Source of the DNA: Gemmata obscuriglobus
GTDB lineage: Bacteria > Planctomycetota > Planctomycetia > Gemmatales > Gemmataceae
Assembly: GCF_008065095.1 (NCBI RefSeq)
Contig: NZ_CP042911.1
Location: forward strand, 6,510,001-6,542,000
Direction: 5' to 3'
DNA length: 32,000 bases
Part shown: positions 17,292 to 26,290 of the stretch, piece after piece
Layout: each line of letters starts with the position of its first letter
How positions within the stretch are numbered: position 1 is the stretch's first letter
Translations under genes and position numbers: made by a program
The notes under the pieces: model-generated
What the model was told of the DNA's origin: nothing
Databases searched by the model: none
What the model saw: the letters and a program-made list of their open reading frames with translations, nothing else

Positions 17292-20165
17292 CTACTTTCG
17301 CTTCACGTCCTTGATGTTGATGTCCGCCCCGGTCTGGCGGTCGCCGAGGAGGTGCTCGGCGAAGAAGTCCCACATCCGCTGGTTGAAGTACGGCTGGGCC
17401 GCACCGAACCCGTGCCGCGCCCCCGGGATGATGAGCAGGTCGAACCGCTTGTTCGCCTTGATCAGCGCATCAACCAGGCGCATCGTGTTCGCCGGGTGGA
17501 CGTTGTTGTCGATCTCGCCGTGAACCAGGAGCAGGTGCCCCTTCAGGTTGTCGGCCAGTTCGGCGTTCGTCGGCACCTTGATCTCGAACTTGGTGAGCGG
17601 CAGCACGACCGCCGCGGCGGCCGACGCCACCGGCGGCTTGGTGCCCGCGAGCCGCGGCGGCGGGGCCAGCGCGAGCTGCGACTTTGCCGCGTCGGCTCGC
17701 TGCAGTTGTGCGAGCCGGGCCTTCAGCGCGGTGATCTGTGCTTCCAGCTCTTCGACCGACCGCTGGTCCTCGGGATCGAACCGCTGCATCAGCTCGATCA
17801 GCTCCTCCTCGATCAGCTCCTCTTCGGGCGGCCCCTTCTTGCGCCCGCCGAAGCCCTTGCTCCCGGCGCCGGCGCCGGTCGATCCGGTCGCGCCCTCCTT
17901 CTTTTCACTCTTCTCGGCGGCCACGGGCACCTCTTTGAGGCCGTGGTACGTCTCCGACCAGTTGTCGTTGTAGATGTTGTTGTCGTGGTTCCCGGCGCTG
18001 GCGACCGCCACCTTGAAGAAGTCGTTGTACGGCTTCTGGAGCAGCGCCGCGGCCGACATGAACCCGCCGCCGGAGTGCCCGAAAATGCCCACCTTGGACA
18101 CGTCGATGAAGGAGTGCCGCGCGGCGAGCGCCTCAATGGCCGCCTTCTTGTCCACCAGCCCGTAGTCGCGCAGGTTGAAGTACCCGAACGAGTGGTACGC
18201 CTTCGACCGCTCCGGGCTGCCGCCGCGGTGCCCCACCTGGATCACGACGAACCCGAGCTGCGCGAGCTGCATGTTGGTGCTGTACGCCGAGAACCGGTAC
18301 ACCACGCCCTCGGTCTGCGGCCCCGGGTACACGTGCGCGATCACCGGGTACTGCTTCTTCGGGTCGAAGTCGAACGGCTTCCACATGTTGCCGTACAGGT
18401 CCGTGGTGCCGTCCGCGGCCTTCACGCTGAAGGTCTCCGGCATCTTCCAGCCGGCCTTATCGAGCGCGCTCAGGTCGGTGGTTTCCAGCAGCATCAGCGA
18501 TTTGCCGGTGTCGTCGCGGACCACCGCGAACGGCGCCCGGTCCACCGCGGTGCTGTTCGTGACGACAAACTTCTTGCTCGGCGACAGCGTCGATGTCTGG
18601 TTCAGCCCGCGCTCGACCGACTGACCCATCCGGTCGCTCGGGTCGAGGCAGGTGAGCCCGGTGCCGTCGAGCTTCACACGGTACAGGTGCGTGTAGTACG
18701 GGTTCTCGCCCGGCTCGCGGGCGTTGCCGATCAGGTAGACGAACCCGGCCTTCGCATCGACCTCGACGATGCGGCTGGCGCGCCACGGGCCGCTGGTGAT
18801 GGCGTTCTTGAACGAGCCGTCCCGCCCGTACCGGTAGAAGTGCCCCCAGCCGCTCCGCTCGGACCACCAGATGAACTCGTCGGTCTCTTCGAGGTACCGG
18901 GGCGACTGCATTTCGAGGTACGCGGCCTCGAACCCCTCGCCGAACATGCACTTGCACTGGCCGCTGAACACGTCGAACGCGCACACCTCCAGGTTGCGGC
19001 GGAGCCGGTCCCGGCGGATGAACCGCAGTTCGCCGGGGCTCTTGCCCCAGCGGATGTCGGAGTACCGCTCGTCGCGCCACTTCGGGCTGACCTTCGTGAG
19101 CGCCTTCTTCTCGACGTCGCAGTAGTACAGCTCGGTCTTGCGGATCTCGGCTTCCGCGGGCATCGGGTACTTGTACTGTTCGAGCTTCGGGCGGGGGGTG
19201 GCGATCGAGTCCACGAGGTACAGGTCCTTGATCCCGCGGCTGTCGGTCCGGGTGACGTAAAACGCCTTCGAGTCCGTTGACCAGGTGACGTTCGCGCGGG
19301 TCTTGCGGTCGCTCGGGGCCGCGCCCTTCGCGCCATCATTACCGCCCTTGTTGAAGCCCCCGCCGCCCCCGCCAAAGCCGCCGAACCCGCCGAACCCGTA
19401 CTCGTCGGCGCCGTCGGTGCTGAGCTGCGTGGCCTTGTCTTCGGGTTGCCCCTCGTCGCACAGGTACAGGTTGTGCTTGTACGCGTAGACGTATTTCTTC
19501 TTGTCCGGCGAGTAGTTCTTGTACGAGCCGGGGCCGCCCGGGTTCGCGCCCCCCTTCCCGCCCGCATCGTCCTTCTTGGTATCGTCCTTCTTGGTGTCGT
19601 CCTTCTTCTCCGTGTCGGTCTCGCCCTCGCGCATCCGGCGGAGCATCTCGTTCACCCGCTCGTCGCCGAGCTGGCCGCGCATCCGCTCAATCGCCTCGGG
19701 CGACATGCCGCCCTGCGCAGGCGGCGCCTTCCCGAGCGACTTGAGTTTGCCCGCTTCGAGGTCATACTCGTACCGCCCCTCGCCGAAGACGAAGTTGAGC
19801 TTCTTGGCGTCCGCCGCGACGGTCACGCGATCAATGCGGAAGGTGTCCGCGTCGAGCGGTTGCTTGGACGCCTCGGAGAGCGCCGCGGCGAGCCGGCTGT
19901 GGTCGAACAGCGGGGTGCGCTCTTTCTTGCCCGGGTCCACCTTCCAGTACTGGGTGCCCGACGCGGTGCGAGCGGAGTACCAGAACACGTCCGTCTTGCC
20001 GATCCACTGCGGCGAGACCGACGCCTCGCGCACGTGCTGCGCGACGAACTCCTTGCTGAACTTCTGTGCGAGCAGATAGTTGGCCCCGGTCACCCGCTCT
20101 TGAGCGGCAACCAGCGGGGCCAGCGCAATCAAAAACAGCGCAGCGAGCGCGTTGCGTCTAGTCAT
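17292..20165 (-). CDS. Secreted S9-family serine peptidase (DPP-IV-like N-terminal propeller plus prolyl-oligopeptidase catalytic domain) with low-complexity and coiled-coil insertions.
   Basis: 957-aa ORF with ATG at 20165 and signal peptide MTRRNALAALFLIALAPLVAAQ. The nucleophile elbow is GIFGHSGGGFMSAAALL (Ser698). The acid and base contexts are LLLVHGEIDNNVH (Asp886) and IIPGARHGFG. The propeller region resembles DPP-IV N-terminal domains. Confidence 0.88.
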   Translation of the reverse strand: MTRRNALAALFLIALAPLVAAQERVTGANYLLAQKFSKEFVAQHVREASVSPQWIGKTDVFWYSARTASGTQYWKVDPGKKERTPLFDHSRLAAALSEASKQPLDADTFRIDRVTVAADAKKLNFVFGEGRYEYDLEAGKLKSLGKAPPAQGGMSPEAIERMRGQLGDERVNEMLRRMREGETDTEKKDDTKKDDTKKDDAGGKGGANPGGPGSYKNYSPDKKKYVYAYKHNLYLCDEGQPEDKATQLSTDGADEYGFGGFGGFGGGGGGFNKGGNDGAKGAAPSDRKTRANVTWSTDSKAFYVTRTDSRGIKDLYLVDSIATPRPKLEQYKYPMPAEAEIRKTELYYCDVEKKALTKVSPKWRDERYSDIRWGKSPGELRFIRRDRLRRNLEVCAFDVFSGQCKCMFGEGFEAAYLEMQSPRYLEETDEFIWWSERSGWGHFYRYGRDGSFKNAITSGPWRASRIVEVDAKAGFVYLIGNAREPGENPYYTHLYRVKLDGTGLTCLDPSDRMGQSVERGLNQTSTLSPSKKFVVTNSTAVDRAPFAVVRDDTGKSLMLLETTDLSALDKAGWKMPETFSVKAADGTTDLYGNMWKPFDFDPKKQYPVIAHVYPGPQTEGVVYRFSAYSTNMQLAQLGFVVIQVGHRGGSPERSKAYHSFGYFNLRDYGLVDKKAAIEALAARHSFIDVSKVGIFGHSGGGFMSAAALLQKPYNDFFKVAVASAGNHDNNIYNDNWSETYHGLKEVPVAAEKSEKKEGATGSTGAGAGSKGFGGRKKGPPEEELIEEELIELMQRFDPEDQRSVEELEAQITALKARLAQLQRADAAKSQLALAPPPRLAGTKPPVASAAAAVVLPLTKFEIKVPTNAELADNLKGHLLLVHGEIDNNVHPANTMRLVDALIKANKRFDLLIIPGARHGFGAAQPYFNQRMWDFFAEHLLGDRQTGADINIKDVKRK

Positions 20166-20539
20166 GTTGAGAATCCGGAATGTGGAGCGAGGGAGGGCGT
20201 TAGTTTACCCGCAATTCAGATCCGGCGGCAACGATGCAAGTCTGCGGATCTGGGAAATATGGGCGAACGAGACCGCCCACACCGCAACCCGTCGCGCGTC
20301 GAAGCCGGGCCGGGCGGTTGTTCCCTGGGACCGCGGACGTCCCGTCCGCCGCTCCGGGAATTCGGTCGCTCGGCGGAACACCCTTCTTGCGCGCTCCACG
20401 CGCAGAACTGCGGACGGGCAATCTTCGATCACAGGCCCCCTTCGGATTCACACCCATTCGTTTGTGCGCAAGCCGTTTCCGTGCAATGGTCCACTCAGCG
20501 GAACCGGTCCGCCGTTCACTAACACGCCGAGGTGACGTG

Positions 20540-20917
20540 ATGAGAGCCGTTTTGGGTGTTGTGGTGGTTCTGGTGGCGTCCTTCGGGCTGTCGGCCAGCG
20601 ACAAGGACGAGAAGATCGACGCCAAATTGCTGGTCGGCAAGTGGACGATGGAGAACGAGGAGACGGGCGCGTCGATGGTCATGGAGTTCACCAAGGACGG
20701 CAAGTTCAAGGTCTCGGTCAAGGAGAAGAAAGGCAAAGAGATTCAGATCGGCGGCACCTACAAGCTGGAAGGAGCCAAGCTGATGTTGACCATCAAGGCC
20801 GGCGACAAGGAAGCGAAGGAGACGCTGACCGTAGTTTCACTGGACGACGAGGAACTGGTGACCAAGGACTCGAAAGGCAAGAAGGACACATACGAGCGGG
20901 TTGACGACGACGAATAA
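20540..20917 (+). CDS. Small secreted lipocalin-like protein. It resembles the Gemmata paralogous family (TIGR03066-like).
   Basis: Track ORF 20234..20917 trimmed to the ATG at 20540, which gives a signal peptide (MRAVLGVVVVLVASFGLSASD). The GKW...EFTKDGKF...GTYKLEGAKL...LDDEELV pattern is typical of that small beta-barrel family. The family call is from memory and has not been searched. Confidence 0.75.
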   Translation: MRAVLGVVVVLVASFGLSASDKDEKIDAKLLVGKWTMENEETGASMVMEFTKDGKFKVSVKEKKGKEIQIGGTYKLEGAKLMLTIKAGDKEAKETLTVVSLDDEELVTKDSKGKKDTYERVDDDE

Positions 20918-21186
20918 CCCTGATCGGACCTGACAACCGCGCCGGCGGTTACGCACGCGACGCGTTCCCTTCACCCACCCGGCGGAGTCACCGCACGGTT
21001 CGGCGCCATCGGGAGCGAAAAGCCCATCAACCGGGTTACGGCTTCGCCCGGTGCCCGGTACTCGTCGGGTCCGGCCTCCTGCTCCTCGTGGCACTCGTGG
21101 TCAACACCCTGTCTCGAAGACCCAATCGCTATTACACCACGCACTGGCGCGGAGCATGTGTTCGCGGGTCGCGTTGACCTTGTGAA

Positions 21187-21240
21187 CGAACCGGGCGTGC
21201 GCCGAGGAGCTACGCTGCCCCGCGCCGCACGCCCGGTTCG
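21187..21240. other. 15-bp perfect hairpin inside the 656-bp intergenic region upstream of the cluster.
   Basis: CGAACCGGGCGTGCG (21187..21201), a 24-nt loop, then CGCACGCCCGGTTCG (21226..21240). Confidence 0.5.
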
Positions 21241-21573
21241 GTTCAATGCACTTCATCAACCGTGACTGGGTCGGGCGCCCCGGGGTGCTTCACACCGTTG
21301 CTCCGGTCGAACCGCCCGCATCAGCAGGTCGGGTCACCTTCAAATCCACACGCACAGTGAAACGCGGGACGGCCTGGGCCGCCGGCCCACGCGGTGACAA
21401 ATTCGCGGCAAAACAGCTTGCAGCACGCAGTTATACTTTGTAAATACAAGTCAATCGACATCGAACGCTGTTGCGAGACCGGGCCACTCGCGCCGTTCCG
21501 CGTCAACCACAACGACCGGCCGCGCCCCGCAGGCGACGGCTCGGCTTCACACGCTCCAAAAAGAGGGCAGCAC

Positions 21574-22953
21574 GTGCGCCACGCGATCGGAGCCATCACC
21601 GCCGCGATCCTCTGCACCGCCGGAGCGGCCGGCGACGACAAGAAACCGGTCCCGAAGCCGATCACCCGGCTGTTCGTTCAGGACCTGAAGACGTGTTCGC
21701 TGAAGTGGGCGGATGTGACGGTCGGTCCCGGCCAGAGGCTCGCCCTCGGAGCGCTCGCCGATGTCACCGGCTTCAAGAAGCTCGACCCCACGCGGCAAAA
21801 GCTGGTTCAAATGCGGGAGGCGGGCAGCCTGGTGTGCGTCGGCGTGCGGGACGATGCCGACGGCGCGTTCGAGAGCGGCTGGGTGCTGATCCAGTCCGGG
21901 GTGGGGTACGCGGACCACGGGGGCCACGGTCACTGGAAATACAAGAAGAAACCCGAAGTGGCGGACAGCCGGCTCGACGCCAAACAGGGCAACCCGGCCC
22001 ACGTGTACCTGTACGGCGAGCGGTTCTTCATCGCCAACGACCGGCTCAACGGGTACACCCGGCTCGACCCCGAGCAGTACGCCACCAACGAGGCCCGGTC
22101 GCTCGGCACGGGCAAACCGCAGTTCCTCGTCGGCGGCGGGAACCACATCACGCTGGCGGTTGTTGACGACAAGGTCGGGTACTCGTGCTGGATCGACGGC
22201 GGCGGGCCGAACAAGGGCCGCGTCGACGTGACTCCCGTTACCGGCGCGCCGAAATCCGAACCGGCGTACTCGTTCACCCTGCCCAGCGGCGGCATCCACG
22301 GCGCGACCGCGTGCGCCGGTAAGGTGTTCTTCGCTCCGGCCGAAGGGGTCTGCTGGGTCGAAGCCGACCCCGGGCTGAAACAAAAGTCCGAGCAGGTGAA
22401 GACGCGGCAGATCGACCTCGGCAAAGAGGGCGGTAAGGCGCGTCGCACCGGCGCGTTCGCGACCCACGGGGACCACGTCCTGTTCGTCACCGGTAAAGAT
22501 GCCCCGACCCTTGTGGCACTGAACGCGAAGCTGACGGACCCGAAACCGCTGTTCGTCCCCCTCACGGTCCGGAAGGGCACACACGCGGTCACCCCAGAGG
22601 TCGTCACCGCCGCGGACGGCAAGCTGTACGCGTTGGTGTTCCACGACCGGGTGAAGGACAGCGACGCGGACGACGCGCTAGAGGTGATCGCCCTGGACCC
22701 GAACGGGGACGGCGACTGCGCCGACGCCCGATCGGTGAAGGTGCTGAAGGTCGGCAGGAGCGCCGTTGAGGGGCACTCCGGGCACCACGACATCACCTTC
22801 GACGCGGATTACCGGTACGCGTTCTTCACCAACCCGGGCGACGGCACCGTTTCGGCCCTGTCCCTCAAGACGCTGGAAGTGACCGCCACGTTCACCGTCG
22901 GCGGCACCCCGACGGCCGTCGTCGCCCGCGGCGGCGAGGACCACGACGACTGA
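21574..22953 (+). CDS. Secreted His-rich beta-propeller-like protein (YVTN-type C-terminal repeat); candidate periplasmic metal-binding protein or chaperone.
   Basis: Track ORF 21394..22953 trimmed to the GTG at 21574, which has AGAGGG 6 nt upstream. This gives the signal peptide (M)RHAIGAITAAILCTAGAAGDD. His clusters are YADHGGHGHWKYKKK and VEGHSGHHDITFD. The C-terminus FFTNPGDGTVSALSLKTLEVTATFTVGGTPTAV looks like a YVTN/lactonase-type propeller blade. Confidence 0.75.
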   Translation: MRHAIGAITAAILCTAGAAGDDKKPVPKPITRLFVQDLKTCSLKWADVTVGPGQRLALGALADVTGFKKLDPTRQKLVQMREAGSLVCVGVRDDADGAFESGWVLIQSGVGYADHGGHGHWKYKKKPEVADSRLDAKQGNPAHVYLYGERFFIANDRLNGYTRLDPEQYATNEARSLGTGKPQFLVGGGNHITLAVVDDKVGYSCWIDGGGPNKGRVDVTPVTGAPKSEPAYSFTLPSGGIHGATACAGKVFFAPAEGVCWVEADPGLKQKSEQVKTRQIDLGKEGGKARRTGAFATHGDHVLFVTGKDAPTLVALNAKLTDPKPLFVPLTVRKGTHAVTPEVVTAADGKLYALVFHDRVKDSDADDALEVIALDPNGDGDCADARSVKVLKVGRSAVEGHSGHHDITFDADYRYAFFTNPGDGTVSALSLKTLEVTATFTVGGTPTAVVARGGEDHDD

Positions 22954-22972
22954 GCACGGATCTCATCCGTGC
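22954..22972 (+). terminator. Short hairpin directly after the propeller gene stop; possible attenuator or partial terminator.
   Basis: GCACGGAT (22954..22961), loop CTC, then ATCCGTGC (22965..22972). It is followed by CCCTTCCC, with no T-tract. Confidence 0.3.
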
Positions 22973-23040
22973 CCCTTCCCGCACGACGCACCGAGCCATT
23001 CCCGAACCGAAGTTCCGACGCCTTGAGGTGAGGAGCGCCG

Positions 23041-23760
23041 ATGGAACGCGTTGCGAGCCGAAGCCGCGTGCCCGGACATCCGCCGCCACCGGCGGCGCCC
23101 GCGATCGCGGCCCCTTCCGAGTTGCGCCGCCGGGCGACGGCCCTCCTCGACCAGCAACTCTGGTGCTGGGGCCGGGACGTTGCGCGACCGGAGGGGAACA
23201 TCCTCCTCGGGCTGGGCATGTGCCGGTACCGCGCGCCCGACGGGCGCGGGACCGCGTACACCGGGCGCGTGGCGGGGGACGGGGTGGTGTGGCTGTGGGG
23301 CTTCGGGCTGCTGTACTGCCGCCCGGGTGTGGGTGGCGTGTTCCTCCGGCGGTACGGGTTCGAGCCGGTGCTCGTTGGCGAGCCGCGCCACCCCGTTCAC
23401 ACGCCCGAACGGCTCGGCCCGTTCGTCCGCCCGGTGACGGGAGGGGAGCGCGCGGCCGCACGTGAGCTGTTGCGGGCCGCGACCGGTTGGGCGGCCGGGT
23501 ACGAGCACTGGGTGGCCGAAACCTTCGGCTCGGGTTACCGGCACGCCTCACTTGCGTCACGCGGCAAGCCCCCCGCGGTGCCCGCCAAGCAAATGGCGGG
23601 AGAGTGGGAGCACCTGGCCAAGAAATCGATCCGACTGGCCGACCCGCCGCCCCCGCCACGCGGCCCGTGGGGACCGTTGTTCACCGCCCTCCGCATCACC
23701 GGCCGCCCGCGTGCTGTACGCACGGCCCCTGGCGCCTCACCGAGGTTCGCGACCGCATGA
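23041..23760 (+). CDS. Hypothetical Trp/Cys/Arg-rich 239-aa protein; no family recognised.
   Basis: ATG at 23041 preceded by GAGGTGAGGAG. Third codon positions are GC-rich throughout. The stop overlaps the next start (ATGA at 23757..23760). The sequence includes [36 protein letters not shown]...[15 protein letters not shown]. Confidence 0.65.
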   Translation: MERVASRSRVPGHPPPPAAPAIAAPSELRRRATALLDQQLWCWGRDVARPEGNILLGLGMCRYRAPDGRGTAYTGRVAGDGVVWLWGFGLLYCRPGVGGVFLRRYGFEPVLVGEPRHPVHTPERLGPFVRPVTGGERAAARELLRAATGWAAGYEHWVAETFGSGYRHASLASRGKPPAVPAKQMAGEWEHLAKKSIRLADPPPPPRGPWGPLFTALRITGRPRAVRTAPGASPRFATA

Positions 23761-25007
23761 GCGTTCACACCAGTCCCCGCGCCGTGCAGCGGCTGCCCGT
23801 CACCGTGCTGTCCGGGTTTCTCGGCGCCGGCAAGACGACGCTACTCAACCACGTCCTGACCAACCGCGAGGGGCTCAAGGTCGCGGTCATTGTCAACGAC
23901 ATGTCCGAGATCAACATCGACGCGGCACTCGTGAAAGACGGCGCGGCGCTGTCCCGCACCGACGAGAAGCTGGTCGAAATGCAGAACGGGTGCATCTGCT
24001 GCACGCTCCGCGAGGATCTGCTCAAGGAGGTGGCACGGCTGGCCAGGGACGGCCGGTTCGATTACCTCCTGATCGAGTCCACCGGCGTCTCGGAGCCGCG
24101 ACCGGTGGCGGAGACGTTCACCTTCGAGCACGAGGACGGCAGCGCGCTCGGGGACGTGGCCCGGCTCGACACGATGGTCACCGTCGTGGACGCCGCCAAC
24201 TTCCTCGACGACTACCGGTCCGCAGACGCCCTGTCCGACCGGGGCCAGGCGCTCGGCCCGGAGGACGAGCGGGACGTGGTGACGTTACTGGTCGATCAAG
24301 TCGAGTTCGCCGATGTGCTCGTGGTGAACAAAGCCGACCTGGTGCCCGAAGCGCGACTCGGCGAGTTGGAAGCCGCGCTCCGCTCGCTGAACCCGGCCGC
24401 GAAGCTGGTCCGGTCGGTACGGGGTCGGGTGCCATTAGCCGAAGTACTGAACACCGGGCGGTTCGACTTCGGCCGGGCGGAGTCTGCGCCGGGCTGGATG
24501 GCGGTGTCCCGCGGCGAGGAGCTGCCCGAAACGACCGAGTACGGCATCAGCAGTTTCGTGTACCGCGCACGCCGGCCGTTCCACCCGGACCGGTTGTACC
24601 GGTTCATGACCAACAAGCGGCTGCTGGCCGGGTTGCTCCGGTCCAAGGGGTTCTGCTGGATCGTCACGCGCCCCCAGTGGGCCGCTCTGTGGTCGCAAGC
24701 CGGGCGGGTGATGGAACTGTCCCCACAGGGCGTGTGGTGGGCGGACGTGCCCCGCGACCAGTGGCCCACCGACCCCGCCGAGCGGGCCGAAGTCCTTGCG
24801 GACTTCGAGGGCGAGTTCGGGGACCGCCGGCAGGAGCTGGTGTTCATCGGGGCCAGGCTCAACGAAGCCGCGATCCGGGCCGCGCTCGACGCGGCCCTGA
24901 TGACCGACGCCGAGATGCAGGGCGGACCGGCCGCGTGGGAGCGCATCACCGACCCGCTGCCGCCCTGGCCGGTTCCAGAGCAGGAGTTCACGGAGGTAGC
25001 ACCGTGA
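23757..25007 (+). CDS. COG0523 / CobW-family G3E GTPase (metallochaperone family).
   Basis: Track ORF 23487..25007 trimmed to the ATG at 23757. It has the P-loop [18 protein letters not shown], the metal-binding motif [12 protein letters not shown] (CxCC), ESTGVSEP, and NKADL (NKxD). The CobW_C-like C-terminal domain shows [19 protein letters not shown]...SKGFCW...LVFIGARL. Confidence 0.93.
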   Translation: MSVHTSPRAVQRLPVTVLSGFLGAGKTTLLNHVLTNREGLKVAVIVNDMSEINIDAALVKDGAALSRTDEKLVEMQNGCICCTLREDLLKEVARLARDGRFDYLLIESTGVSEPRPVAETFTFEHEDGSALGDVARLDTMVTVVDAANFLDDYRSADALSDRGQALGPEDERDVVTLLVDQVEFADVLVVNKADLVPEARLGELEAALRSLNPAAKLVRSVRGRVPLAEVLNTGRFDFGRAESAPGWMAVSRGEELPETTEYGISSFVYRARRPFHPDRLYRFMTNKRLLAGLLRSKGFCWIVTRPQWAALWSQAGRVMELSPQGVWWADVPRDQWPTDPAERAEVLADFEGEFGDRRQELVFIGARLNEAAIRAALDAALMTDAEMQGGPAAWERITDPLPPWPVPEQEFTEVAP

Positions 25008-26290
25008 GTACCGTTGACGGCCCCGTTGGGCGGCTCCGCAGGTTGGCGAGCCACGACTTCTTCCCCAGCTTCAGCACGAAGGTGCGGCGGGTGCTGTACA
25101 ACCCGCTCGGGGTGCTGATCGGGGCCGCGGGCGTGTCGCTCGCGTGCGGGCTCTTCCTGCACGCACAGGGGTTCGTACTGGCCGGCGGGATCGTCGCGGT
25201 GGTCGGCCTCGGCGTGCTGTGGCCGTGGCTGTCGTTGCGCGGGCTGACCGGCGCAGTGGACTTCGACCGCCCCCGGGCCGCAGAAGGCGACACCATCGGG
25301 GTGCGGCTGATGCTCCGGAACCGGCTCCCGTGGGCGGTGTGGGGGCTGACGGTCCGCGACGGGTTCGGTGAAGGCGCGGAGCGGCCCGCGGCGGCCGTCG
25401 CGAGCACACCCGGGCGCCGCGCCGCCGCATGCCGCTGGACCTTCGTACCGGAGCAACGCGGCGTGTACCCGCTCGCACCACCCCGGCTGTGTACCGGGTT
25501 CCCGTTCGGGCTGTGGGAGAACGCCCGGCGCCTGGAAATCGGTGCGCCGCTCGCGGTGTGGCCCCGGACGTTCCCGGTCGGCCCGGTGCCACCGGTGAGC
25601 GGCGACCGACAGGTTGAGGGGAACGTGTCCCGGGTCCGGGTCGGCACCACGGGGGACGTGCTCGGCGTGCGCCCGTACCGCCGGGGCGATTCCCCGCGGC
25701 GGATCCACTGGGGGCAGTCGGCCAAGCACGACCGGTTGGTGGTGTGCGAACTCCAGTCGAACGCCCGGCCGGTGATTCAGATCGTTCTGGACGCGAACCC
25801 ACTGGTCCACGCCGGGGCGGGCACGAACGGGTCGCGCGAGTGGGCCGTGCGCGTGGCCGCCAGCCTGGCGAAGGGGTGGCTCGAAGCCGGCGCACAGGTC
25901 GGGCTCACCTGGACCGGGTTCGAGCTGCCGCCCGCGTCCGGGACCGCCCAGGTCCACAAGCTGCTCGACGCCCTGGCCGCACTGCCGAACGACGCGGGCG
26001 GGCCGCTGGCCGACCTGCTCGCGTGCCCGGTGTGCCGCGGGTTCCGCGACGGCCTCCAGGTGGTCGTCACCACCGACCGCTCGCACACCCACGCCGCGTG
26101 CGGGGCGTGCGTGACCGAGAGCCAGCGGTGGGTGGTGCTGACCGCGGGCGGGTTCAGCGACACGGTGTCGATCGCCTCGCACGCCTGCGACCACGCCCCC
26201 GGGGCGGAACCGTGGCTCCGAATCGACTCGGCCGACGAGGCGCCGGCGCGGCTGCGCGGCGGGTGGAAGGAGGCGCGACATGGCTCCTGA
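25004..26290 (+). CDS. DUF58-domain protein (two N-terminal TM helices, vWA-like C-terminal half), MoxR-associated.
   Basis: GTG at 25004 overlaps the upstream stop (GTGA) and has ACGGAGGT 6 nt upstream. The TM pair is [40 protein letters not shown]. The DUF58 signature is [29 protein letters not shown]. The vWA-like beta-strand is VIQIVLDAN. Confidence 0.88.
   Translation: MSTVDGPVGRLRRLASHDFFPSFSTKVRRVLYNPLGVLIGAAGVSLACGLFLHAQGFVLAGGIVAVVGLGVLWPWLSLRGLTGAVDFDRPRAAEGDTIGVRLMLRNRLPWAVWGLTVRDGFGEGAERPAAAVASTPGRRAAACRWTFVPEQRGVYPLAPPRLCTGFPFGLWENARRLEIGAPLAVWPRTFPVGPVPPVSGDRQVEGNVSRVRVGTTGDVLGVRPYRRGDSPRRIHWGQSAKHDRLVVCELQSNARPVIQIVLDANPLVHAGAGTNGSREWAVRVAASLAKGWLEAGAQVGLTWTGFELPPASGTAQVHKLLDALAALPNDAGGPLADLLACPVCRGFRDGLQVVVTTDRSHTHAACGACVTESQRWVVLTAGGFSDTVSIASHACDHAPGAEPWLRIDSADEAPARLRGGWKEARHGS

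Noticed and set aside
17352-19280. 642-aa + strand ORF opposite the S9 peptidase gene.
   Set aside because: It is an antisense shadow ORF with R/P/V/L/E-rich low-information sequence.
19567-19610. 15-nt tandem nucleotide repeat, considered as a possible CRISPR- or VNTR-like array.
   Set aside because: It lies in frame inside the S9 peptidase gene, where it encodes KKDDT x3. It has only three units and no spacers, so it is a coding low-complexity repeat and not a CRISPR array.
20971-21443. Track ORFs 20971..21246(-) (91 aa) and 21246..21443(+) (65 aa) in the long intergenic region upstream of the cluster.
   Set aside because: They have only moderate GC3, no SD, no signal peptide, TM helix or domain features, and they span the 15-bp hairpin. 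A + frame with a TM-like stretch (VLVGSGLLLLVALVV, about 21055..21110) has no usable start codon. I treat the region as non-coding, but it is flagged in the findings.
23462-25003. Long upstream extensions of the DUF58 frame (track ORF 23462..26290), the GTPase frame (23487..23756) and the MoxR frame (27368..28612).
   Set aside because: The extensions are R/P/G-rich, overlap better-supported genes in other frames, and lack motifs. Starts were placed at SD-preceded ATG/GTG codons that overlap the preceding stop.
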